Source: a virus. From it: a stretch of DNA of 64,000 nucleotides. Location: positions 36,564 through 100,563 of IMG/VR virus record IMGVR_UViG_3300008267_000009; one strand, written 5' to 3'. Below are positions 48,298 to 56,325 of the stretch, in pieces. The notes under the pieces were generated by a model, which worked only from the letters and a program-made list of their open reading frames with translations, did not search any database and had not been told where the DNA came from. Position 1 is the stretch's first letter. Each line of letters opens with the position of its first letter. The translations under genes were made by a program, and so were the position numbers.

Positions 48298-48877
48298 TCC
48301 AGTATACGTTAAAAACGATATTTTGTTGATAGAAGATTTTTTAACACCAGAAGAAACACAAAAACTTTTTGAGTTTGCAAGCAACCCCGAAGCAGACTGG
48401 TCGTACCAATATGATTATGATATTGCAGAACAAGCTTCTCAAGGCGGTAGATTTAAAGAAGGTGATCCAGAGTTTGATGAAGTAGTTGCAAAGAAAAACC
48501 CATTTTGGTCAGACAAGATGCTTGCAATAAAGTTTCCAGCACTACAAACAGAATTAACAAAAAGAACATTAGCAGTTTTTGATGATAAATATAGAATTAA
48601 TCAGATTGCAAGAATCCAAAGACAGTACCCTGGATCAGAACTAAAGCAACACCACGATCAGGGCTATGATTTAACTTTACAAAGAGCTGTTATTATTTAT
48701 TTAAACGATAACTATGAAGGCGGAGAAATTTATTTTACACAACATGATGTTAGGCTAAAACCAAAGGCTGGGTCACTAATAACTTTCCCAGGCACAGACG
48801 ATTACTTGCATGGAGTTGCAACAGTTCAGCCAGGTGAAACAAGGTACGTAATAAGCACCTTTGCTTTCAATAAATAG
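48290..48877 (+). CDS. 2OG-Fe(II) oxygenase (prolyl-4-hydroxylase-like)
   Basis: HHD, IYLNDNYEGGE, LHGV..V..GETRY. Confidence 0.88.
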   Translation: MPNPVYVKNDILLIEDFLTPEETQKLFEFASNPEADWSYQYDYDIAEQASQGGRFKEGDPEFDEVVAKKNPFWSDKMLAIKFPALQTELTKRTLAVFDDKYRINQIARIQRQYPGSELKQHHDQGYDLTLQRAVIIYLNDNYEGGEIYFTQHDVRLKPKAGSLITFPGTDDYLHGVATVQPGETRYVISTFAFNK

Positions 48878-48889
48878 GGGGAGATTAAA

Positions 48890-49426
48890 ATTTTAAAAGT
48901 ATCAATAATTGGATGCGGTTTTGTAGGAGCCAGACTTGTAGAAGAAATAAACTCTGAAAGAGAAGAAAGTTTTCTACTGGCAAGAGAAGAGCACGGAGCA
49001 AAGATTGTTTTAAACACCGTTTTAGTTAAAAATGTTGCAAAGTATTCTGATAACACACCAGCTAACTACACATCTAATCTTAATGATTTATTGTCTGATG
49101 ACTCAAACCTTGTAATAGATGCTAGCAATAATTCAACATCTGAGTGGGCTAGAGGAACATTAACTGAGCTAGCTAAAGCTGGAAAGTCTGTAATAATTCT
49201 AAACAAACCCTTGCTTGCTAATAATGTAAATCTTTTTGGTGAGTTAGAAAAAACTTACGGCGTAAAATTTTTAATTGGTGCCTGCATTTCAAAAAACTCT
49301 CCAATTAACGTAAGCCAACTTAATTATTTATTTAATGGCACTGAACGATTTGAACAGCGTGGGCACTCTTCAGATGAAGTATGCCGAGCAATTTTTGAAG
49401 AAGTTCTATATTTTTATAATAAGTAA
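48890..49426 (+). CDS. Homoserine-dehydrogenase-like NAD(P)-binding domain protein, probable ATT start
   Basis: Frame open from 48878: LKVSIIGCGFVG...LLSDDSNLVIDA...AKAGKSVIILNKPLLA...GVKFLIGAC; GGGGAG 6 nt before ATT 48890. Confidence 0.7.
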   Translation: MLKVSIIGCGFVGARLVEEINSEREESFLLAREEHGAKIVLNTVLVKNVAKYSDNTPANYTSNLNDLLSDDSNLVIDASNNSTSEWARGTLTELAKAGKSVIILNKPLLANNVNLFGELEKTYGVKFLIGACISKNSPINVSQLNYLFNGTERFEQRGHSSDEVCRAIFEEVLYFYNK

Positions 49427-49430
49427 AATA

Positions 49431-49497
49431 TGATATAATTGTTACAGGACGCCCAATAGGGGTCCTAATTAACTTATTCGCTTGAAGGAGGAATAAA
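49431..49497 (+). promoter_or_regulatory. hsp20 promoter and structured leader (RNA thermometer candidate)
   Basis: TGA-TATAAT; AGGAC(G)CCC-AATA-GGGGTCCT; TTATTC/GAATAA stem enclosing AGGAG; TCGCT motif. Confidence 0.6.
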
Positions 49498-49920
49498 ATG
49501 GTAACAACATTTGCATGGGACCTTTTTAAGGACCCATTTTTTATTGGGTTTGATAGAGCCCTAGATACATGGAATCATGTACAAACAGTATCTGGATCTA
49601 CAAATTACCCACCATATAACGTAATCAAGGTAGATGAAGACAACTTTGTTGTCGAACTAGCTGTTGCTGGATTTTCTAAGTCAGACATTGAAATTTCAAC
49701 AGCAGATGGAAAACTCATTGTAAAGGGAGAAACAGAAGCGGAGAATAACGATTCGAAGTTTATTCACCGTGGTATTGCTGCTCGTAAATTTACTCGTGAG
49801 TGGGCGCTTGGCGAACATATGGAAGTCAAGACGGCTGAACTTAAGGACGGAATGCTAAAGATTGATATTGAACGCATTCTTCCAGAAGAAAAAAAGCCAA
49901 AGACAATTAAAATCAAGTAA
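49498..49920 (+). CDS. Small heat shock protein (Hsp20/IbpA-like)
   Basis: NYPPYNV, ELAVAGF, HRGIAARKF, DGML. Confidence 0.95.
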   Translation: MVTTFAWDLFKDPFFIGFDRALDTWNHVQTVSGSTNYPPYNVIKVDEDNFVVELAVAGFSKSDIEISTADGKLIVKGETEAENNDSKFIHRGIAARKFTREWALGEHMEVKTAELKDGMLKIDIERILPEEKKPKTIKIK

Positions 49921-49928
49921 GGTATAAT

Positions 49929-50038
49929 AGAAGTCTGCACCCCGTCACTGGGGAGTCGCAGACTATTCGGGTCGCTACCCGAAGGATACACCTGAGCATG
50001 TGTATAAACTGCTCCTTAATTTTAAGGAGAGTGAAGTA
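49929..50038 (+). ncRNA. Structured leader RNA / riboswitch candidate
   Basis: Two hairpins, H-type pseudoknot and anti-SD hairpin; see findings. Confidence 0.6.
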
Positions 50039-50224
50039 ATGCCCATTTATGAATACAAATGTGAGTGTTCACCAGAAAAAATTGTATCAAAAGAAAGATC
50101 AATAACATCTATTGAGCCTAACTATCTTTGTACAAGTTGTGGTAAAAGACTACAAAGACATTACGGATCCTTTGGAATACAGTTTAAAGGTACAGGATTT
50201 TATAAAACAGATAACGTTAAGTGA
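50039..50224 (+). CDS. FmdB-family Zn-ribbon protein
   Basis: MPIYEYKCEC...CTSCG...FKGTGFYKTD; AAGGAG SD. Confidence 0.85.
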   Translation: MPIYEYKCECSPEKIVSKERSITSIEPNYLCTSCGKRLQRHYGSFGIQFKGTGFYKTDNVK

Positions 50225-50274
50225 TTAGATGATATAATTACTATGTAACAAAATTTGTTATGTAGGAGTTATAG

Positions 50275-52275
50275 TTGACTAGGACTAAGCTATGGAGATT
50301 AACATTAACAGCCATTTTAGGGTTTGGTTGGCTATTCCTTACACCTGCTTATAGCGATGATCCATTAAGTTTAGCCGCTCAAGAAATACAAGAGCTAAAC
50401 GAAAAAGTTGGCAACCTAACAGAAGAGGCTGAAACTCAAGCCCTCATAGATATAGCAGAAGATAAATATGATGATGCAGTAGCCGCAAAAGAGGCTAGAG
50501 ATGATGCATATGATGCATATGATGCGGCGGTAGCATCAGAGGCAACATCATTACAAGAAAAGAATACAGCTCAATCAGCAGTAGATGGGCAAACAGCAAC
50601 AGTTGCTACATATTTGTCACAAAAAAATTCTGCTAAAGATGATTTAGATATAGCACAAATAAATTTTTCTACTGCAAATAGCAATCTTCAATCAGCTCAG
50701 TCAGTAATTGATAATGCTGGCGGAGATGGTCTGCAATATACCGTATACAATTTAGCAAGAATTTGGCCTAGTTATGCAGTACTAGATTCTGTAATTTGTT
50801 CTGGCACATGGAACTCAAGCTATATGGACTTACCAGTTTGTGGCAATAGATATGAAAATATAGTAGTAAAGTTTACTGGAAAAATCACTGTACCGTCATG
50901 GTTTACAACAGTAGCGTTTGCAGGATATACAGATGACGGCTTTAAAATGTATATAGATGGAGTGCTTGCAGTTAATAACTGGGTAGAGCAGGGGGCAAGA
51001 TGGAGTGCTTGGTCTCCAACGTATGATGTAACTGAAGATAAGACTTTGGATGTAGAAATATGGTGGTATAACGGAGGAGGCCCAGGATCCTATCATCTTG
51101 GATGGACAATTCCTGGTGGATCTACTGGCGCAGGTTGTGATTATGCTGGAAATCCAAGAGTATGGGGACAAGATTTTAGTTGTAATCTTAATACATTTTC
51201 TTCTGGCCCTGGTGCAACACAGGCAGAAGTTAACGCATACAATGCAGCAGTAACTGCAAAGGCGGCGGCACAGACAGATTATAATACTAAGTTAGCAATT
51301 TATAATAATAAGGTTACTGCATATAACACTGCAAATTCTACATTAACAGCGTATAATCAAACGCTGACAACTAAGACTAATACATATGATGCTGCTGTAA
51401 TAACTACAGCAAATGCTTTAACTGCTAAAAATAATACACAGTCATCTTATAATCAATCTATTATTGATTTAAATAATGCAATAGATGACGCATGGGAATT
51501 ATATAATGAAACTTGGCAATTTGAAGAACAACAAAGAGTTGCTGCAGCAATAGCTGCTGCTATGGCAAATCAACCGCAGCCAACTCCAGATGCAACAACT
51601 GATCCTACGCCTGAACCTTCTCCTGAGCCATCACCTGAACAAACTGAACCAGACGATTCCACTCCAACTCCAGATTCTGAAACCACAGATGAACCGACAC
51701 CAGATCCAACTCCTGAGACAGAGCCCACTGATGAGCCTTCACCAGAGCCTTCACCTCAGCCATCGGATATAGATCAAGAGCCAACTCCTGAACCAGAGCC
51801 AACTCCTGCTGAACCTTCTGAAGAACCATCTACCAATACTATCACAGAAGAGACAGCAAACCTAATTGCAGATTTAACAAGCAAAGATACATTAACTAAA
51901 TTAACTCCAGAGCAAAAAGCGGCGGTTGCAGAAGGCCTTGGAATTAAAACGGAAGAGATAGCAAAGGTGGCAGTATTAGCAGCTTCTGATAAAAATTTAG
52001 CAACAGCTCTAGAAGAATTCGGTGATAGAATTAAAGAGAACGCTAGTGCTCCAATGCCATATACGTTAGCAGATGCAACAACAGAGGTTGCGACAGAAGC
52101 ATTTTTATCAGACCCAATCGGAGCCATTGCAGATATAGATTTTGAAAAATTACTTAGCCCATCAGAATGGGGTAAGGATATGACAGATGACCAAAGAGAA
52201 AAAGCACAAGAAGTAGTTGTACCTGTAATTATTGCAGGAAATATTGTGGCAGCAGCCATGACAAGGAGGATATAA
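50275..52275 (+). CDS. Secreted/membrane-anchored surface protein: signal peptide, coiled coil, PA14 domain, Pro/Glu/Thr-rich stalk, C-terminal hydrophobic anchor
   Basis: TDDGFKMYIDG...INNW-like VNNW...WYNGGGP PA14 motif; PTPEPSPEP repeats; VVVPVIIAGNIVAAAMTRRI tail. Confidence 0.8.
   Translation: MTRTKLWRLTLTAILGFGWLFLTPAYSDDPLSLAAQEIQELNEKVGNLTEEAETQALIDIAEDKYDDAVAAKEARDDAYDAYDAAVASEATSLQEKNTAQSAVDGQTATVATYLSQKNSAKDDLDIAQINFSTANSNLQSAQSVIDNAGGDGLQYTVYNLARIWPSYAVLDSVICSGTWNSSYMDLPVCGNRYENIVVKFTGKITVPSWFTTVAFAGYTDDGFKMYIDGVLAVNNWVEQGARWSAWSPTYDVTEDKTLDVEIWWYNGGGPGSYHLGWTIPGGSTGAGCDYAGNPRVWGQDFSCNLNTFSSGPGATQAEVNAYNAAVTAKAAAQTDYNTKLAIYNNKVTAYNTANSTLTAYNQTLTTKTNTYDAAVITTANALTAKNNTQSSYNQSIIDLNNAIDDAWELYNETWQFEEQQRVAAAIAAAMANQPQPTPDATTDPTPEPSPEPSPEQTEPDDSTPTPDSETTDEPTPDPTPETEPTDEPSPEPSPQPSDIDQEPTPEPEPTPAEPSEEPSTNTITEETANLIADLTSKDTLTKLTPEQKAAVAEGLGIKTEEIAKVAVLAASDKNLATALEEFGDRIKENASAPMPYTLADATTEVATEAFLSDPIGAIADIDFEKLLSPSEWGKDMTDDQREKAQEVVVPVIIAGNIVAAAMTRRI
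51571..51830 (+). repeat. Low-complexity Pro-rich coding repeats
   Basis: PTPD/PTPE/PSPE units. Confidence 0.85.
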
Positions 52276-52472
52276 TGAAAATAATTAAAGGTTTCTTTAA
52301 TTGGATATGGGAAGCAATAAAGGAAAGCATAGCCCAGCTATGGACCCTCCTTGGATTCTTCATAGCCTGGTTGACCCTTACAGGGACGGCACAGGATGTA
52401 GTGGGTATAGCAACAGTGGCAGTTACTGTAATTTGGCTAATTACCATACCTCTCAGAAAAGACGAAGAATAG
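52275..52472 (+). CDS. Small membrane protein (holin-like)
   Basis: Two TM helices, charged tail. Confidence 0.6.
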   Translation: MKIIKGFFNWIWEAIKESIAQLWTLLGFFIAWLTLTGTAQDVVGIATVAVTVIWLITIPLRKDEE

Positions 52473-52486
52473 GGTATAATAGTGGT

Positions 52487-52705
52487 ATGAAAAGAATAAC
52501 TGCTATTGCTTTGTCAGGGCTATTAATGCTATCATTAACTAGTTGCGGGTATCAGGGTTTTTATAGATACCCATGTCAAGATCCTGCTAATTGGGAGAAG
52601 GCAGAATGTAATCCTCCAATTTGTGAAGCGACAGGCACATGCACTAAAGATGTAATTGGTAAAGATCAAATTACAACAACCGAAACAGGTACTTCAAATG
52701 GCTAA
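52487..52705 (+). CDS. Cys-rich lipoprotein (leaderless)
   Basis: MKRITAIALSGLLMLSLTSC lipobox; YRYPCQDPANW..AECNPPIC...GTC; TATAAT-6-ATG. Confidence 0.75.
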   Translation: MKRITAIALSGLLMLSLTSCGYQGFYRYPCQDPANWEKAECNPPICEATGTCTKDVIGKDQITTTETGTSNG

Positions 52706-53108
52706 AGAAAGACTTACTGCATCAGATCTAGATGCTAGATTAAAATTTATTTTAGGAATCACATTAGGCACAATCCTTTTGTGCACAACATTGGGCATTC
52801 TGTATGCTCTAATTTTCGTAACACAACCAATTGGCGGACAATCAGAGAACGATAAGATGTTCTTTAATGTGCTTGGTTCTGTTGCAACATTTATTACAGG
52901 AACACTTGCAGGTCTACTGATTGGTCAATCTGGTGCTAAGGATATTATGTCAGCACAATTGGCAAATAAAGAAATGGATGCAAAGAACACACAGGCAGAC
53001 AAGAAGCTTGAAGCAGAAATTGATGCAACTGCAGCACGTTTAGCAGCAAAGCCAAACGGCGCAATGCCAGCAGAACAACCAGTTGATACAGATTGGGATA
53101 AAGAATAA
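52698..53108 (+). CDS. Two-TM membrane protein (holin candidate)
   Basis: Two TM helices and coiled tail, next to endolysin. Confidence 0.6.
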   Translation: MAKERLTASDLDARLKFILGITLGTILLCTTLGILYALIFVTQPIGGQSENDKMFFNVLGSVATFITGTLAGLLIGQSGAKDIMSAQLANKEMDAKNTQADKKLEAEIDATAARLAAKPNGAMPAEQPVDTDWDKE

Positions 53109-53311
53109 TGTCAGAGTCAAATAAGAAAAGTTTAATTAAAACAGCAAGCTGGGAAACATTCCATCTAATTGGTGTTGCTGGCGTTATTTACTTGTTTACT
53201 GGAGAGTGGGAGTACGCAAGTCTTGGAGCACTATTGTATATAGGATGGGAAGCAATAGGCTACTACATTCATGAAAGAGCATGGGCTAAGTTTGGAAAGA
53301 AGGTTAAATAA
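53108..53311 (+). CDS. DUF2061-like membrane protein
   Basis: KSLIKTASW...YYIHERAW. Confidence 0.7.
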   Translation: MSESNKKSLIKTASWETFHLIGVAGVIYLFTGEWEYASLGALLYIGWEAIGYYIHERAWAKFGKKVK

Positions 53312-53907
53312 TGTCACAAGATTTTCCAGTACCAGCAGAAACAGCAAAAGCTCCCAAAGGTAGCGCTGCTAGATTAATTCAAGTTGCTAAGTCTCAGGTA
53401 GGATATATTGAAGGTCCTAAAGACAACGAAACCAAATACGGTGCTTTCATGAAAGCAAACTTCCAACCATGGTGCGGAAGTTTCGTTAACTGGTGTGCGT
53501 CAGAAAGTGGCGTAAAGATTCCTAACACTGTTTATACCCCAGGAGGTGCACAGGCTTTTAAGAAGGCTGGTGCATGGATTGATGGAGATCTTGCAGATCC
53601 AGAGCCAGGAGATATCGTCTATTTTGATTTTCCTTCAGATGGTGTCGATAGAATTTCTCACGTAGGAATTGTGATTGAAGATAATGAAGACGGAACAGTT
53701 TGGTGTATAGAAGGAAATACTTCTTCTAAAAAGTCAGGAAGCCAAAGAAATGGCGGAGAGGCTTGTAAACAACTTCGTGCATTTAAGAAAAATAAAGCAG
53801 GAGTAATGGTTTCTATTGTAGGGTTTGGCCGTCCAAAGTTTAAGTCTGGAGGAGCGGCAAAGCCATCGACATCATCTACTGGAGTTTGCCCAACCTGCGG
53901 TAAATAA
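53311..53907 (+). CDS. CHAP-domain endolysin/amidase
   Basis: QPWCGSFV, PGDIVYF, SHVGIV, IEGNT. Confidence 0.88.
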   Translation: MSQDFPVPAETAKAPKGSAARLIQVAKSQVGYIEGPKDNETKYGAFMKANFQPWCGSFVNWCASESGVKIPNTVYTPGGAQAFKKAGAWIDGDLADPEPGDIVYFDFPSDGVDRISHVGIVIEDNEDGTVWCIEGNTSSKKSGSQRNGGEACKQLRAFKKNKAGVMVSIVGFGRPKFKSGGAAKPSTSSTGVCPTCGK

Positions 53908-54051
53908 ATGAACACCTATAAAGTAAAACTTGAAGTAGAGGCAGAAGTAGAAGCCTTTGATGAGGGTGATGCTTTAGATTATGCTAACGATATTTTTGGC
54001 ATAGATGATGAAATTAAAAATGTAAAAGTAGTTAGCATAAAGGAGAAATAA
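53908..54051 (+). CDS. 47-aa acidic microprotein (not in track)
   Basis: MNTYKVKLEVEAEVEAFDEGDALDYANDIFG...; coupled. Confidence 0.65.
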   Translation: MNTYKVKLEVEAEVEAFDEGDALDYANDIFGIDDEIKNVKVVSIKEK

Positions 54052-54416
54052 TGGAAAAGGGATTAAGACCAGAAGTTACTCGTGAACAAATGTATGCGGT
54101 AATAGAACATCTTCAAGAAGCTATTGAAGCAATGATTGATGACGAGGTAGAAACAGAAGATGCAGAAATGGAGTCAGAAGACTCTACAGAAATTGAAGAT
54201 ATGTCTAAATCAGAAGATTATCAATCAGATAACGAAGAAGAAGACAAATGGAATAACATGGAAAAGGCTTGTTGGTCTGGATATAAGCAAGTGGGCATGA
54301 AAGAAAAAAATGGCAGAATGGTTCCAAATTGTGTTCCAGTAGAAAAGTCATACGATAAAGAAGATAAAGAAGAGCCAATTAAAAAGTCTATATGGAATGG
54401 AACTTTTATTAAATAG
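54051..54416 (+). CDS. Acidic protein with CWxGY...VPNCVP motif
   Basis: ACWSGYKQVGMKEKNGRMVPNCVP. Confidence 0.7.
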   Translation: MEKGLRPEVTREQMYAVIEHLQEAIEAMIDDEVETEDAEMESEDSTEIEDMSKSEDYQSDNEEEDKWNNMEKACWSGYKQVGMKEKNGRMVPNCVPVEKSYDKEDKEEPIKKSIWNGTFIK

Positions 54417-54419
54417 GTA

Positions 54420-54449
54420 TTGACATACCATGTTTAAAAACGGTATAAT
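54420..54449 (+). promoter_or_regulatory. Consensus sigmaA promoter of whiB operon
   Basis: TTGACA-18 nt-TATAAT. Confidence 0.75.
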
Positions 54450-54485
54450 AGTTATACCTAGGCGGAATAATTGATTGGAAATAAA

Positions 54486-54719
54486 ATGCTCTGCCTAACC
54501 GAAAAAGGCGTAGATGTCTTTATTAAAAGATATAATAATGGACAACGAGAATCTTTTTGGAACAATTATGATCTATTAATATGGAATAAAGATCACAACG
54601 GGTATACCAGCGTAAATGGGCTTTTTAAAAATAATTCATGGGGATTGGTAGATAGAATATCTATTAGTAATCAAGGAACATGGAAACTCTCAAAAAAATA
54701 TGTCAAATATTTTAGATAA
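54486..54719 (+). CDS. Hypothetical protein
   Basis: Trp-rich ORF upstream of whiB. Confidence 0.6.
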   Translation: MLCLTEKGVDVFIKRYNNGQRESFWNNYDLLIWNKDHNGYTSVNGLFKNNSWGLVDRISISNQGTWKLSKKYVKYFR

Positions 54720-55011
54720 GCTTGGTATAGATAGAAACGATTTTCAATGGTTTCATTTAGCTTTATGCCGTGGTATGGATACAAATTTATTTTATGATAA
54801 ATATGAAGTAGACGTTAATGTTGCAAAAAGTATAGATGAAGCTTGTTTGGGTTGTCCAGTAATAAAAATTTGTTATGAAACTGGAGTTAAAAATAATGAA
54901 CATGGTATATGGGGCGGAGTTTATTTAAATTCAGGGTCTGTAGATAAATCTAGAAATGTACATAAAACAAAAGAAGTCTGGAAGAGAATAAAAGATAAAC
55001 ATGGCAAATGA
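54700..55011 (+). CDS. whiB: WhiB-family Fe-S transcription factor
   Basis: W...ALC...CLGCPV...C...GIWGG. Confidence 0.9.
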   Translation: MSNILDKLGIDRNDFQWFHLALCRGMDTNLFYDKYEVDVNVAKSIDEACLGCPVIKICYETGVKNNEHGIWGGVYLNSGSVDKSRNVHKTKEVWKRIKDKHGK

Positions 55012-55303
55012 TCATTTTAAATATGGCATAAATCATTGGAATGGTGAGCCAAACAAACCTGTTTTTTATACTGAAGAAATGAAAAAGGCTATACGTCAAA
55101 TACAAAAGCCTCAAATGTTATTGTTAGATATAGCAAAATACCCAGATTTTTTAGCATTAAGGCTTTATGAAGATAATTTTCTTCAATTTGAAGGAATAAA
55201 AAAAGAAATGGTTATTGATTATGTTACTAAAGTAAAGAAAGTAATAGAATCATATGGAGTAAGATGTGAACTTGAAGGAGTGCCAAGTGCCAACATTTTA
55301 TGA
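55001..55303 (+). CDS. Hypothetical protein
   Basis: Coupled to whiB. Confidence 0.65.
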   Translation: MANDHFKYGINHWNGEPNKPVFYTEEMKKAIRQIQKPQMLLLDIAKYPDFLALRLYEDNFLQFEGIKKEMVIDYVTKVKKVIESYGVRCELEGVPSANIL

Positions 55304-55481
55304 AACTGTAATAGTTGTATATTTACATAACTACCAAACTACAGGTACCGTAGAATCTTTAGGGGCATATGCATCCTTAGTTAAATATAAAAAAGATGAT
55401 GAAGAGCACGAAGAATTAATAGATAATTCTGAATTCGCCATATTGGACGAGTTTGTTTTTGAAAGGACTACAGAAGAATAA
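55287..55481 (+). CDS. Small hypothetical (SH3-like) protein
   Basis: GTG after AAGGAG; GTVESLGAYASLVKY. Confidence 0.55.
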   Translation: MPTFYETVIVVYLHNYQTTGTVESLGAYASLVKYKKDDEEHEELIDNSEFAILDEFVFERTTEE

Positions 55482-55718
55482 ATGGACAAAATACTATGCT
55501 ATTCTTGTAACAAGAGCAAGAATAAATTAAATTTAAAACCGTCTGGACTTTTAAATATAAACCTATTAATGTGCGAAACATGCATAGAGTCAAAATTTGA
55601 GCCTAGGTGGGTAATTATCCTTGCTGGAAGACAGCACGGAGCAGAATTTGTTAGAGAGCAAGTACTAAAAAAGAGGTATGTTGGGGCAGAAATTACTGCT
55701 TCTGAGCTCATTTTGTAG
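55482..55718 (+). CDS. Small Zn-finger protein
   Basis: CYSC...CETC. Confidence 0.65.
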   Translation: MDKILCYSCNKSKNKLNLKPSGLLNINLLMCETCIESKFEPRWVIILAGRQHGAEFVREQVLKKRYVGAEITASELIL

Positions 55719-55756
55719 CCCTGGACCTTCGAATTTATAAATAGTATACTTATATT

Positions 55757-56311
55757 ATGACCTGCATAGTAGCAATAGCCCAAAATGGGGTAGTATACAT
55801 GGGAGCCGATCACGCTGCCTCAGATGATAAAACAGGATGGATTCTTTCTAGAAAAGATCCTAAAGTTTTTAAAGTTGGACAATACGGCATTGCATTTACA
55901 GATTCCTTTAGAATGGGTCAAATTCTTCAATACAACTGGACACCACCAAAGTATACTCCAACAAAAACAAATTCTGGTTTAGATAAATTTATGAGAACAA
56001 AATTTGTTGATTCTGTAAAAGATGCTTTCAGGTCACAAGGTTTTGGATCTCAAGTTTCTGGGCAAGAAGACGAAGGCGGAATTTTTCTTATTGGAGTAGA
56101 AGGAAGAATCTTTACTATGGACGAAGACTTTCATATAGGTGAAAATGTTGTAAACTTTATGGCAGAAGGAAGCGGCGGAGCAATAGCTCTGGGAGCATTG
56201 TATGCAACCAGAAATCAAAAGAATCCTCAAGTAAGACTCAAGTCAGCACTTGAAGCAGCGGCAGAGTTTAATATGGCTGTAAAGGCACCCTTTTCTTATA
56301 TCAAGGTTTAA
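55757..56311 (+). CDS. HslV/proteasome-beta-like Ntn hydrolase (leaderless)
   Basis: N-terminal MTCIV, GAD, K.FK, GSGG.IALGAL; TATACT-6-ATG. Confidence 0.8.
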   Translation: MTCIVAIAQNGVVYMGADHAASDDKTGWILSRKDPKVFKVGQYGIAFTDSFRMGQILQYNWTPPKYTPTKTNSGLDKFMRTKFVDSVKDAFRSQGFGSQVSGQEDEGGIFLIGVEGRIFTMDEDFHIGENVVNFMAEGSGGAIALGALYATRNQKNPQVRLKSALEAAAEFNMAVKAPFSYIKV

Positions 56312-56325
56312 GGTATAATAAGACT

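Noticed and set aside
48875-48877. Genome-wide amber (TAG) recoding
   Set aside because: Core genes are full length in code 11, many genes end in TAG followed by normal intergenic signals, and no suppressor tRNA is in the window. Only a local read-through remains possible.
49400-49497. CIRCE or HAIR heat-shock operator before hsp20
   Set aside because: Neither TTAGCACTC-N9-GAGTGCTAA nor CTTGAGT-N7-ACTCAAG is present.
51571-51830. Repetitive DNA as CRISPR or satellite
   Set aside because: Degenerate in-frame Pro-rich coding repeats without constant repeat and unique spacers.
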